A stretch of 64,000 nt of DNA from Klebsormidium nitens (lineage: Eukaryota > Plantae > Klebsormidiophyceae): the NCBI GenBank assembly GCA_000708835.1, contig DF237280.1, positions 36,526-100,525 of the forward strand, written 5' to 3'. Numbering within the stretch: the stretch's first letter is position 1; the number at the start of each line of letters is the position of its first letter. The position numbers were made by a program, and so were the translations under genes. The notes under the pieces were generated by a model. It was not told where the DNA came from, did not search any database, and saw only the letters and a list, made by a program, of their open reading frames with translations. Below are positions 39,701-52,710 of this stretch, piece by piece.

Positions 39701-40851
39701 CGTGTGAGAGCTGAGGAGGAACGGCGACGCCAGGTGACTGTGGCTTGTCCGTGCGAACATGCTGACGTCTTCTTTGTCTGCACTTCTATATTTGGTCGGA
39801 AGTCGGCCGTTGCATACGAAAGGTTGATGTTGGAGCTCCCAATCGTCGGTGATCGTAGGAGGCCGCCTGGCAAGCGTTTGGTCTATAACGGTTGACTGCC
39901 AATGAAACCGATTGGTGGAACAACATTAAGGTTGGCAGCCGAGACAGTCTTCGTTCCGACTGAGGCATACTCTGCTCTTTCTTGTCATCGAGGATTGTCG
40001 GTTAGAAGCTAGCGCCTGCGAAGCGTCCGACATGTTACTGCTGGGACGAAAACTGCGGGACCGATGCCGGACATTCCTAGGTGGGGGCCAAGTCTGACTT
40101 CGCTTCGATTCCTTTTCGGCAGGAAGAGGAGCAAAGACGGCAGGAACGGGAGCGCTACGAGCGTGACGTCATCGAAGGGCAGCGGCGCATCGCGGAGCTG
40201 GCCGCGCAGAGGGCCGCCCAGGAAGAACGAGATCGGGCGGAACAGGAGCGGCTGTGGCGGGAGCAGCAGGCGGAGCAGGAGGCGCGGAGGCAGAAGGAAG
40301 AGGCGGACCGCAGGGTGGCGGAGGAACTAGAGCGGGCCGACCGGGAGCGGCTCCAGCAGCAGGAGCTGCAGCAAATGCAGGCTGCAAATACGGTTGGGGT
40401 GCAAGGCGGTGGTTGGCCCCCGGGGGGGGGGCAGTTCGGGCCGTACTTCGCCCCACCGCCACAGCCCCCCCACCTCGACCATTTTCAACCGGTGTTACTT
40501 CCCCCACCTAACCCACCTTATCCTCACATGCCACCACAGAGTCATGAGTCCACACCGCCTGTGAATGGTGACTTCACCCCAGTGCCGGCCTATCCATATC
40601 AACCACCCAATCAACAAACACCTCCTCCCCAGCTGCTTCCACCCCAGCCTCAATACCAGGTAAGTCCGGGGCCGCAGTTCTATCCTGGCCCTTATGCCCC
40701 GCCACCTTACCAAAACCAGGGGCCGGTTATGCTTGGTCCCCCGCCATTCCCCTATATGCAGCCACCCGGGCCGTACGTTCAGCCTCATGCGGAGGGGGCG
40801 TACATGATGCCTGGGACGTGGCCGCCACCACCGCCGCAAGGTTACCGATAA
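36710..40851 (+). CDS. TSG101/Vps23/ELC-family ESCRT-I subunit with atypical C-terminal extension
   Basis: Exons 36710-36786, 37033-~37213, 37535-~37720, 38100-~38333, 38662-38764, 39017-39070, 39479-39733, 40123-40851. UEV: LEGTIPMSYRDKLYNIPVSIRLPQGFPVSPP...VFGMEPPLYS. Vps23 core: EDATDEAFQSLRDEKVKVEDYLKTVRRLAREQYLNRA. An E/R/Q-rich helix and a P/Y/Q-rich tail follow. Confidence 0.88.
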
Positions 40852-41549
40852 CTTTGGGATATGTGATCTAGTGAAGGGCACCGGCACTGGTAGGTAACTT
40901 ATAAAAATGCACAGATTATCCAAGGTATCGGGTGAGAATGACTCGAATGTGGCACGAACATGGGCCTTGACGATTTGCATCAATGTGTTGCTCTTGTGGG
41001 ACTCAGAGCGAGTCCGCTCATGAAAGTGAAAGCTTGTCCAATAAAGAATGATGGATCGATAGAAAAGCATACGCCGATCCTTTTGAGCAACTGCAGCAGC
41101 AATTACATCAAGCGTCGAACTTTTATTTTGTCTAGGTCGAGCTTGACATGGGTGCTAATCATCACAGGTATCTGCCTGGCATGATGTCTGCATGACTTCG
41201 TGCATGCATGTTAAAACGCGTCCGGGCAACCGGCCATATGCATGCATGTCACGACATCATGATGGCATGCATATGTAGGCAATGATGGCTGTCATGAAAA
41301 CATCCATATCGATCCCTTTCGCCGTGCACCGACACTGCTATAGGCCCATGCGGCATGTGACAGCATAACATATGGCCGGTACCACAAATGGGATACGATA
41401 TACGAGGGCGGCAGGCTTGAAATTGTAGTAGCTCTAGCTACATATAGCGGCCCAAATTTGGGCATCTATGTAGCTAGAGAGCTAGGTATAATAAATTCGA
41501 TGCACCAAGCAATCACTATGCAGACATACACTCCCTGGAAAGCTTACTA

Positions 41550-41741
41550 CCGTACTGCTATTTGATTTCGGCAACTTCAACGCCGAAAAGTTAATAATGA
41601 AACGTTTTATCCTTTCGGCAGACCTAGTGTTACCTGCTAAAAAGCACCATTATCGACCATTATCGCTCCAAAATATTTTCCAGCGAAATTCGGCAGGGCA
41701 CATAATTATTTATTTTTTGCCGAAATCACGTAGCAGTACGG
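41550..41741. mobile_element. MITE family 3 (192 bp, TA-flanked)
   Basis: ta|ccgtactgctatttgatttcggcaa ... ttgccgaaatcacgtagcagtacgg|ta: 25-bp TIR with 2 mismatches. Confidence 0.88.
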
Positions 41742-42096
41742 TATGTATCTTTAGCAAAAGTGCTGAGCAAACACTGTGAGTTGATCTTTACTTTGATAAT
41801 ATTAAGTTGGTTCCTTGGAAAAGAACCCTCAGCTCGCAATCCAGCTAGAGCTTCCGACACAAGAAACAGTGCCTCCCAATCAGCATCTACCATTGAACCC
41901 ACCGTTTCCAAGTTCACCTGTTCCTTTTATCCTACAACCTCCCAACTTCGACAATTATCCAGTAATAAGGTGCAGTGTCTTAAGCACCAAAGCTTTCCCT
42001 GCGTAGACTTCCGACCTTGTCATCACCTCCGTTTGTCAAGTAAGTACTCTGCCGCTCAGAGCAAAATTGTCTCGATCAACTGGCTAATTTGACCGC

Positions 42097-45000
42097 CTAG
42101 TATTTCCTTCTGCCATCTCCCTCTACGATGATATCCTTGAACTCCCCTCCACCGGGAATCATAGGCAGCACGTGCTCCTGCAACCGACCAACCAGCGGTG
42201 TGAGCAGCTTATTCAAAAAACGTAGTCAATATTCCGCAAAAGGTACTATTTGCAGAGTGAAACAGATCCACCACGACGGGCAACTGCGAACAGGGCGAAC
42301 TGTCAACGGAAGCAGATTCATATGGCCCACGGCGGCATTGCAACATACCTGGTGCGGCACGATGACGTCCAGGAGGTAAGGGCCCGGCGTGTCCAGCATT
42401 GTCTGGATGGCCTCGCGCAAGTCCTGGGGCCGCGACACGCGAGCCGTGGGCACCTGCAAACACAAACGCACTTCTGGTAAGCCGGGCGAGAAACATCGCT
42501 GGAAAGAGAAACACACTTAGATAATATTTGAAAGACAAGAGTTTTTAAAGAAAACGGCGCTTCCTCGCAGCATTAGGGGGCCTGCGGCGACGCACTCCAT
42601 GGGGCATAAGTTCAGACAAGAAAGATCTGCCACACAACGCTCACTGACCTTGCACGCCTCGGCGAACTTGCAAAAGTCGGGGAAGATATCCTCGGGTGCC
42701 TCCGGGTCTCCCAGGTACGTGTGTGCGCGGTTTGCCTGCAAGTGCACAGAAGGTGCCGGTCAGTACAGAACCTCACCAACGTTGCCTCCACAAGGTATCC
42801 GTTGTTCAAAGAAAGGCCCGTACGAGACTGATGGCAGCAGGTGAGTGTGAAGACATCGGCGAACGGCCACCCAACCTCCGTGGGGCTGACATCTACCTAC
42901 ACATATGTCCTGTGGATGTGCGCAAAAGCCCTTCTAACCCTCAACAAACCGTCAACAAACAAGCGGTAGCCAGCCGAAGACCAGCCCTCAACATACACCA
43001 CATGTCCCGACCATCGGACCGCCCATGCGCGCCCCGCTCACCTTGTAGAAGCGGTCCTCCCACTGGACGACCATGCCGAGGTGCTGGTTGTTGAGGATCA
43101 TGATCTTGACCGGCAGGTTTTCCACCTTGATCGTCGCCAGCTCCTGCACGTTCATGATGAAGCTCCCGTCGCCGTCGATGTCGACGACTACCATGTCGGG
43201 GCACGCCGTCACCGCCCCGAGCGCAGACGGCAGGCCGAAGCCCATGGCGCCAAGGCCGCCTGAGGTGACCCATCTGCACGCAAGGACCACATGCGCGTAA
43301 GGTTACGCCCCGTTTGATATGCATCCTTGCCCGGCAGACGGATGGACAGGTCTGAGGGTTTCGCAGGAAGTACAGGGACGAAGCAACTCTAGGTTATCTC
43401 TAGGTTATTATCTCTAGGTTGTTATCTCTAGGTCGAGCTTGTTAACTCGAGGTTGTTATCTCTAGGTTGAGCTTATTCAATTGTACAAGCCCGGAAACTG
43501 ATGCACTTCAGCGTGACTCAACTCAACGCAAAACGGATCCTCTTACCTGCGCGGCTCATTGTACTGGAACCACTGCGCAGCCCACATCTGGTGCTGCCCG
43601 ACGCCCGTGCTGATGATGGCGCGCCCGTTGGTCAGCTCGTACAGGGTCTGGATGGCGGACTGCGGCACGATGAAGTCGGTCGTGACCGGGAACTGCGGGA
43701 AACGAGAGAAGGAGACACGTAAGATTTGATTCAGAAGAGTTGCAAAGGAAATTACGAGGCGAACAAGCGAGTGGAAGAGGACTGCGCACAAGCGCGCGCA
43801 ATTCGAAAGACAGAGGTCGTTGAAGCTCACGGCCGCAAAATCGCAGCTGCGGATATGACAAGCTTTACAGTGCGTTCCCCAACAAGGGGCAAGACGCAAG
43901 GCGCCAAAGGAGAGGCTGAAGTCGGACTCTGACACGTCTGCTTCAGAGATACATACCTGCTCACTACAACTGTGCTGGCCCACAAGGCAGTTGATATAAC
44001 GTAACAAAGACTCGTAGTCAACCATTCAGACGACAAGGAGGGCCACAAAACAAGAAACGTTAGGAAGTCTTACCGCCATGGGGTACTTCTCCCGCTGCTC
44101 CTGCACCTCTGCCCGCCAGTCTGCGTAGTCCCACTTGTCGGCGCCGTTGGCAACCTCCTCCTGGAGCAACTCGTTGAGGCAGGCTAGCGCAGGCTTGATG
44201 TCCGCACACACAGACACGTGGGCCGCCTTGTTCTTACCTGCAGAAAGAGGGATACGTTTGATATGCATCCCCTACAGGTCAACGCGTGTATAACGCATAC
44301 GACCGCAAGTCAAGACCTGGCATACTTGCCTCCCTCAGAGTATGTCGAAACAGGGCTACCTACCAACCACGCATGACATGCAAGGAGTCATAAGCTGCGT
44401 CCAAGCTGGCACAATCACACGGCCTCAGTATCAAAACCCCCTTGACGCTCTCTTAGAAACTGAAGACATTTTTACAAAGATCGGAGGCATCAAAAGCCCC
44501 CACATCAAATCCCTTTGTTCTACTACAGAGAGCACTACATGTTACACACCAAGCTCGCTTTGCAGCTTGCAAAGCGGTTTCCTCCAGAAAGCCAAGGTGA
44601 AACTAACCAATCTCTGCAGGGTCGATGTCTATATGCACGATGCTGGCCCTGCTGGCAAACGTCTCCAGCTTCCCTGTCACACGGTCGTCAAAGCGCACGC
44701 CAAAAGCAAGAAGGAGGTCCGCCTTGTCGATTGCATAGTTGGCATACACAGTGCCGTGCATGCCCAGCATCTGAAGGGCCAGGGGGTCCGTCTGCAACAC
44801 AAAAAGCACAGCAGCGGTCAGCGCCATAGGCCAGGTGTGTCAATCACAAACCGTCAGCCCCTTTTTGTTTTGAGCAGTTGCCAAGATCAAACGCGCCCAA
44901 GGACCACTACAGAGTCACCTGACGGCTGGACGATGTCTCGTTGCATGCATCAACTATCATTCAGCGATGCTGGTGTAACGTCGCTGACTAATCGTTCAGC

Positions 45001-47487
45001 GATGTTATACCAACATCGCTGACTGTTAACAGTTCCTTCGTGTCAATTCTCACAACATTATCCGCATGCAGACAAAAATCTACTTCTCGAGCCCGAGCTG
45101 CTTCAGCTCTCTCGTTCTCCAGATACCACTGAATTCTTTAGCGCGTCAGAAATGGCTTGCCATGCCATGGAGTAGTTGCCACACCACAAGGAAAACGCAC
45201 CTCCGGGAAGGTCCCAAGGCCCATGAGCGTCTGCGCAACCGGGATCTTCATCAGCTCCACAAACTGGCGCACTTCCTCGCTGGCGTGCAGCGCGCCGCCC
45301 CCCAGGTACACCACTGGCCTCTTGGAGCTCTGCAGCAGGCGCACCACCTGGGCCATCGTGTCACGGGACGGCAGGCCGGGCAGCCGCTTGATGTACGACT
45401 GGATTCAAAGAGACAGGAAAGGTGAGCCGGGGGAGTGGGGAAGGGCGTGGGGCCATTTGAAACTGCTAATTCAGGAGTCCCTGGCCCTGCCCTTAAGACT
45501 GGGCCTGCCATTCTGAGTCCCGGCCAGCCAGGCACCCAACCCGTCTCCCTTGTCCATGAAGGACGATCATTGTCTAGGACAAAGCCTTTGCCTTCTGAAA
45601 CAAGAGTGTGGACGGAATGTAGGTCCTGCAGATGAATTTCAAAAAGGGGCCAAACGCTTCTCCTGAGACTTTCACTGCTTTCTGCAGCAAGGCCTTGCGC
45701 TCCGACACAACCACTCTTTATGCCCTTCCAATACTTTTTGCACTGAGGCCTTGTACCGAAGATCATCCAATCCAAGGATGCATGCAAGCTAGCTGCACCT
45801 GCGCCTCTTATTCAAACTTTTCTCCCCCCATGTGATCCCCTGTGCCCAAGTTAGATATCCCCTACTTCCACCACGACATGACACTCAAACCAGGCCTACA
45901 GCTCTGCACACAGGCCGTAAGCACGACAGAAGCAGGACGTAGGTTGTTGTTAATCACATTGAGGCGCATCGGCTGGTTCCAGTCCGGGATGCTCATCGTC
46001 TGCTGCACGTCCTTTGGTACGTCCACCAAGACGGGGCCGGGCCTGCCTGAGGCCGCCAGGTAGAAGGCCTCCCTGATGACGCGTGGAATGTCATCCACAT
46101 CCATCACCAGGTAATTGTGCTTGGTGATGGAGCGGGTAACCTCCACAATGGGGGTCTCCTGGAAGCCGTCTGTGCCAATCATCTTCCTAGGGACCTGCAG
46201 TGATGAGAAGGCCGAGAGTGAGACAGCGAACCAGTCAGGAGGTAGCAAAGCAGGGGTTTGAGAAAGGAGCAAGCGGAGTGCACTTAGAGCAATTGAAACA
46301 ACCTTCCATTGTAAAAACGGTACCTTGAGAGGAGTGATAGCAGCAACTATTCGATTACATCAGGACCGCCAAAACCTTTTTGTGTGGCACTAATTTGAGA
46401 GAGTCCCAACAATGTCAAAACCACAGGCAGGCGGAAAGGCCAGAGAAACCTCTGCTCAGGTCAACTTTAAGTGTTCCAACATCGTCACACAGGAAAGGCA
46501 AAACATGCGTGAATATGCTGCTCACCTGCCCGGTGATTGCCACCAGTGGCACGCTGTCCAGCATTGCATCGGCCAAGCCCGTTACCAGATTGGTCGCCCC
46601 TGGGCCTGATGTGGCTATGCACACCCCCACCCTCCCAGAAGCCTTGGCGTACCCCTCCGCCGCAAAGATCTCGCCTTGCTCGTGCCGGCAGAGAATGTTC
46701 CGGATAGACCCTGACCTTGTCAGGGCCTGATGAATCTCCATTGATGCACCCCCTGGGTACGCAAACACGTTCCGTACCCCCTCCCGCTCCAGGGCTTCTA
46801 CCAGGATATCGGACCCTTTTCGTGGTTCATTGTCCCCATATCTGTGGACAGGACACAAGACTTGAAGAGAAGGGACCAAAGGGGATAAGATGGATGAGAA
46901 GCAAAAGCAAAAAGCTACTTGACACCCGCAGACAACAGCATCCAATCAAGTACTATGAATCAATGAATGAGACACCTTTTTACAAGTGGACTATGTTATC
47001 TGAAAGCCAACACTTCAGTGCTTAGTCAACAATCTGGTTTGGACTTTGCAAGGGCTCCTTCTCACCTAGATTTGAAACCCGGGTAGAGAGGAGCTACAAA
47101 ACTTTTTCCGCTGCTAACACGGGGCAGAGACAGCTCAGCAGCTACACCATATGTATCCCCCGACACCATCTCTGTCTTTTCCACATCCTCTTGCACCGTG
47201 CTCAGGTCCTTCACTGCCGCTTGCGCCCTCACGTCCCTCCCCGATGACCCTGCTTCACACCGTGCTTCTCGCCTGCCCTGTCTCCTGGCAGAATCACCAG
47301 AGCTCTGGCAACTTTGCAGAGGTGCAGGACAACATCTGCCCTCTCCTGCCAGGAACTTACTCCGTCGCAGGGGCACAGCAGGTCGCTCAGAGCTCTGCGC
47401 TTGGGCCCTGCTACCGAACCTGTCAGAGGTTGACAGAGCCTCCACCAGTGAGGCACCCCCCGCAAGCCTGGTGCACGTGCACGCCAT
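42097..47487 (-). CDS. ALS: Acetolactate synthase (AHAS) catalytic subunit, plastid-targeted, 11 exons
   Basis: Transit peptide; [15 protein letters not shown]; [14 protein letters not shown]; TSGPGATNL; [13 protein letters not shown]; [11 protein letters not shown]; [11 protein letters not shown]; [13 protein letters not shown]; [15 protein letters not shown] (ThDP motif); [10 protein letters not shown]; [10 protein letters not shown]. Confidence 0.98.
43387..43474. repeat. Degenerate minisatellite (ctctaggtt[g/a]ttat-like units) in an ALS intron
   Basis: ctctaggttatctctaggttattatctctaggttgttatctctaggtcgagcttgttaactcgaggttgttatctctaggttgagctt. Confidence 0.85.
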
Positions 47488-48195
47488 CGGCCCCGACAGC
47501 GCGCTTTATGCGCTTGTAAATCTCAGAAGTGTTGTGAGGCAGGTTGATCTAAGCAGACAGGAAAGATGTGAAGGAAAGGCGCCTGGAGGTGCTGGAAATG
47601 CAAGCTTTCCGACTCCTTCAATCTTGTCAGAAGTTAGTCGTGACGACGTGAGTCTGGATCTGCAGTCTGGTCGTCAGCGGGCTGACCAGACTTGAGAGCA
47701 GGAGTCGTGTTGGCTTTAACAACCGTTACCGCTCTAATGGGCGGACCAGATGGGGCACGTATGAAGGATTTCAACCATCCGATCTGCTCAAGTTGCCAAG
47801 CAAAATTCTTTGAAGTCGTCCGATGAGGGAAAACAGATTGAGATGGCCACTCATCGACGGTTAAGACTTGGACCTGTGGGTGTCCCATAAAACAGCACCG
47901 TTAAAAGGCTTCTGGATTTTATGCCCCTGCTTGAAATCGTTCGGGAGGCGCCTTGCTCGTCCTCTTTCACGCAAGGCTCTTGAGAAACCTCAGCAAGCGG
48001 TCGCTTCAGGGCGGCGTCTGTCTCGGGGAGTATCAGAACTGCAGGTAGGTGGTTTCTATACCCATCTTACCTCCTTTGTTCCATTACAAGTATAATTGAG
48101 TTTTCTGATATGTGTGGCGGCTGATTCTTTGTTGAGGGTTCTCAGTGGCGGTAAAGGATCTGCTGGTGTGTTGAAGTGTTCGCTGTTGTGCAGAT

Positions 48196-49490
48196 ATGGC
48201 CACGCCGTTGAAGCCTGGGGCTGGCAAGCCCGGTGTGGAGGAAGGAGAGCCTGTTCACCGCATCCGTATCACCCTGACATCTAAGAATGTCAAGAACCTC
48301 GAGAAGGGTGGGCGCCAACTCTCGTCGCAACTCTCGTCGTTCTGTTGATCTGTTCTGACGTCAAAAAAGAGATATTGAGCATGACTGCTCCTGGTGGGCA
48401 GCATCTATAGCAAGTTCTGGGGCAGCAAATAGGTCTCCAAGGTTTTCTGCCTTTCTCTCTGTAAGAATCAACAATTGGCCAGGTTCGTGGAGTTTGTTAT
48501 CTCGAAGGCTGGCGTCCTCATGTCATGGTGCTCGCCAGAGCTTCTACACCTTTCAGTCCGGGGCGCCCAACGTAGTTGTCAGTGATGTGCTTTTTACCAA
48601 AACACAAAGAGTTTCTGGAACTCTTCTTAAGTTGCTCAGTAGGTGCTTTCTTGTTGCGCAGTCTGCGCTGACCTCATCAAGGGCGCAAAGGATAAGCGCC
48701 TGAGGGTGAAGGGGCCCGTTCGCATGCCCACCAAGGTTCTGCGTGTGACGACCAGGAAGTCGCCTTGCGGAGAAGGTACGATTATCTCGTTTTAGCTGGC
48801 TCAAAGTTCCCTGTAAGTAGTATTGTGGATGTTTCCTTCTGTTCATCCTATCGGTTGAAAGGATTCCGAGAGTTTGGGAGAGATCGTTGAAAGTCAGCAA
48901 CGCTCCATGTGTGGACCGATACTGTATTATTGGCTTCTGGTGGTCCATGTTGGGTCGTCAAGCAGGGAGGAGGCCAGTGCAGTCAGCTTTTGGCTGGAAA
49001 GGATTTGGCCGTGCTAGGGGTAGATGAGATGGGTAAAATGCGAAGAAACATTTCGAACTTGGCATATGGCTACCTCAGTCCATGCTAATGTCTACACAAT
49101 CTAGGTTGTTCCCTGTTGGGTTTGCCCATCAGGCTTGTTGAGGGTTTCCTTTGTGGGATTGGGAGAACCCAACTGTGTCGGCTTAGCTTTTGCCGCACTT
49201 GCAACCGCTCGTTGATGGCAGCTGATGGCAGAGAGGGCACTTCTAGTGAAAGACGGTGGCCTACTGCTCGTATCACTGGCAGACGATTTTGGCCACGCGG
49301 TCACAGAAGTTTGCATCTGTCTCACTCTCCCTGTTTCTGTGCAGGAACAAACACATGGGACAGCTTTGAGATGCGCATCCACAAGAGGTTGATCGACTTG
49401 CACAGCCCCTCAGAGGTTGTCAAGCAGATTACCTCCATCAGCATTGAGCCCGGTGTGGAGGTGGAGGTTACTATCGCTGATGTCGCATAG
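48196..49490 (+). CDS. RPS20: Cytosolic 40S ribosomal protein S20 (uS10)
   Basis: Exons 48196-48307, 48662-48775, 49345-49490: [22 protein letters not shown]...KGPVRMPTK...[13 protein letters not shown]...HKRLIDL. A probable 5'-UTR intron ends just before the ATG. Confidence 0.98.
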
Positions 49491-50743
49491 AGGATTGAAA
49501 GGCCGTTGCTTGAACCTTTTGTAAGCATCTGTCCAGCTCCCATTTGTGGCGGTCAATATCACAAGCCTCTTTTATCCAGTGTTGTGTTGAAAGTGCTTCT
49601 TTCTTATCTGAGCATGTTGCAATCGGTATATGGTTTTTATCAGTTTCGGCGACCTTCATCTCGAATCTGATACTTCATGCAACGAGCCTACAGATGGCGT
49701 CCCATGTGATCCGTGCACTTGATAATCTAATCAGAGCGGTTTTACTAAAACACTAAACACTCCGCACATACAATCATCTAATAGAGAACATTATGTCATT
49801 GCATTATTGACTGTGCTTTCGCCTGTATTCATTGGCCTTTACTTCTTGTTTAAAACGGACAGCATTGACTTGTTGCTAGCATTGTACTGCCACTTCATTG
49901 TCGTTGATTTGCGCGGGCCTACGCGTTCCCCAAAAAGAGCCTCACTGCTCGTGATAAATTTCATTGAGGTGTACCGTACAATATAAACATGCAATTTAGT
50001 CGAACTAGGGGCCAAGACATGAGCATACAAGTGGCCTGCCCAAATATGCCATTGCTCTTGCAGTCTGCATGACCATGACACCCCGTGAGTCCCCCAATGT
50101 TGCACCATGGCCCCATCAGAGTGCCTTTCTGGCAGCAAGGGCACCAAATAACAATAATTGGGACCAATACGTGATTGCCGTGTTGTGCAGTCTTTGCCTC
50201 CAGAATTGACCGTCAGCTTTATTTGGTAACTTTATGAGGCTGCATAAGTGATGCACGATGCATAGTATGCATGCCAGGTGCAGCATGATGCATTCGCAAA
50301 CAAACCAATGCCATGCTACAGGATAGGCAAAGATTTCGGTTTGTAAATGTGATGGTATCGAATCAAACACATATACAGTTGGCCTAGGCAACAGTTCAGT
50401 CAAAGGTACAGAAGACCGTCCAAACCACAAGAACGAGATGGGACGCTGGCAGCACCATTCGTGGTGTTGCTTGTATTGCTTCAGATGTTGTTGGGAATGT
50501 CAAGTCAGCTAAACAGCAGTCACAAAGTTTCGATGAACTCATTCGCAGTGCTTCAGCCACTCAAGACCGTACGATGTGACATCATTGACAACAATCGACT
50601 TGTGTCAAACTAGATCAGCGAAGACTTTGAATTGAGATGTACACTGTGTCCAACCCAGTCCCAAGAAAACAAAAAGTGGCTGCGCCGCAGGTCCTTAACA
50701 ACAAACAGACTTCTGCGCCAACAGTTGACGTCTCCCAACGTGT

Positions 50744-52061
50744 TTACCTCCTTCCCTTCCCCTTCTTTCCGTCCTTCTTTGGCCGCTCCATCTTAGGATT
50801 TGGTCCAGTCAACACAGGTACTTCCGCAACAGTTCCGAGCCCCATCGCCGCATACTTCCGCTTAAACTTCTCTACCCTTCCGTCCTCCAACACTACCGTT
50901 CCGGAGCTCCCTTGATAAAAGGGATGGTTGCCTGACCAGACATCGACGGTCAGCTCGGACTTCGTGCTAGTTACGGTATACACATGCTCACCATTGCAGA
51001 ACACTTTCGCATCCTGGTAGAGCTTAGGATGAAGGTCTGCTTTTCTGCATACTATTCTGGCGGGCGCACTCTGAACCTGCAAAGAGAGTTTGCAGCAAAA
51101 ATCAGAGGATTGCAGGCACAGGTAGAGATGGGATCGACGCCCCTTTACACATGTTCAGTGAAGGAAAACGGCTGGCTACTAAAACGGACACTCAGGCATT
51201 GTTGCCCACATGCTCCTATATAATGATGCGCCAAGCAGTAGACGGTTGCCAATAACCAAAAACGAGAAACTGCACATATTCCCTGAAACCTGAATACCTA
51301 TGCTACCTCCCAATCACATAGCTCATTACGCCGTCACCTTCTCAAAGAACTTTCAAAAAGTGCCAGCCACAGAAGCATTTGCTTTGCTGCTGCTTCGCTC
51401 ACAAAAGCGGATTTCGAGAACCGGTATCTTGAAGCACAAGCAGTGCTGTGATTGACAGAGGCCCGAGTTGCTGCTGGGGGACTTGCTAATGACGGCTAGC
51501 GGCTAGATTCAAGTGTCGGTGTAAAACCTGAACTCATCTCCACAGTACATTGGTAATGGTGTACCATCATCAGCAGCAATTGAATGCAGTCCTTGAGTGG
51601 CGACGTCACAAGAGACAAGCCAAGCTTCTAACTGAACACAACTTGCAACAAACCCCCACAAAGGTCATGGGGACGCTCAAGAAAAGCATGTATGCACCCA
51701 ACCGTTCTTGCATTCTTAACCATGTTAACCCGCATAGAACTTTGATCAATCCTGTGGACAAGGCCTGATGCTCAGAAAGTCATAGACGCATCTTCTCAAT
51801 AGCAAACGCCTTCAGATTCAGAGGAATGAGCAGATAGCTTGTCCTTGGGTCCCACATTGTCAACGGCTTCGACTTCAACAACTTCCCAATACATCATCAT
51901 GCAATAACATTGCTCTTTCCAACGTCAGTGAGATGGTCGAAGTTTGGGTGTATGACCAGGAAGGACATCTGTACCTGGAGGCTCTGCCCGGACATGGAGG
52001 TGCTCTGACTGTAAAGTACCGAGCCAGCCCGAAGGCCTGCCACCGCCACACTTGACGCCAT
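50744..52061 (-). CDS. RPL31: Plastid 50S ribosomal protein L31 (bL31c)
   Basis: Exon 1 52061-51975 is a transit peptide (MASSVAVAGLRAGS...). Exon 2 51076-50744: CRKADLHPKLYQDAKVFCNGE...VDVWSGNHPFYQG. Confidence 0.93.
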
Positions 52062-52710
52062 TCCACCCTGCCTCAAGTACCCCTTCTTATCGTATCCACA
52101 AATGCCAACTTGTCTGCCCAGTGCCCTGCAACTCTCCCGCACCGGATCGCTAACAAGACTACGCCTTGCAAAGACTTTCCAGGACCCCCTTTGTCCTCCT
52201 GCGCGAACCCTCTGTGGTTGCCTCTACTGCAGACCACGGTTGGCCGCCACAAACCCCTCCAGAGGTCTACCTGTTCCCCCAGCGCCCTGGTGTTCGAACT
52301 TGCTCCTGAAGAGTCGAGGCTGTCTGCTCAGGCTCTGCCCAAGATTCAAGAATAGGGTTCTCGCCATGCCCTGCCAAGGACGCAACACCAAGGAACTAGA
52401 GCGGGGGCCACGATACCATTTGCTGGCCGGCTGACACGTTTCACATGTGTGAGTCACAGGTTGCGCACCATGACTCCATTTGCCGGGGGCCAGGCTGACG
52501 TGGCATGGGGGCGCCTCGATCAGCTAGCCCAGGTCCATCATTTGGTCCACTCACAGTGACGGAGTGACAGCATTGGCACCTAGGGAGTCGGGACGCGCTG
52601 GTTCCGAGCAGGCTGCAACAGTTGTGGAGCTGGAGAGCCCTGGCAGGGGTGCGGCGAGGTGAAAACGAGTCGGCTACAGTAGTGCGTACTTCGGAGCACT
52701 TGGCCACGCA

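Noticed and set aside
39463-40511. Overlapping antisense and alternative-frame ORFs
   Set aside because: By-products of the low-complexity E/R-rich and P-rich exons of the ELC-like gene.
48308-49344. Intronic snoRNA in RPS20
   Set aside because: No well-spaced C box (RTGATGA) and D box (CTGA) pair with a terminal stem was found by eye; a covariance-model search could still find one.
22849-52061. Functional cluster of plastid genes (unknown protein, cpSRP54, ALS, RPL31)
   Set aside because: Interspersed with unrelated genes; four of 13 plastid-targeted housekeeping genes is not clearly above expectation.
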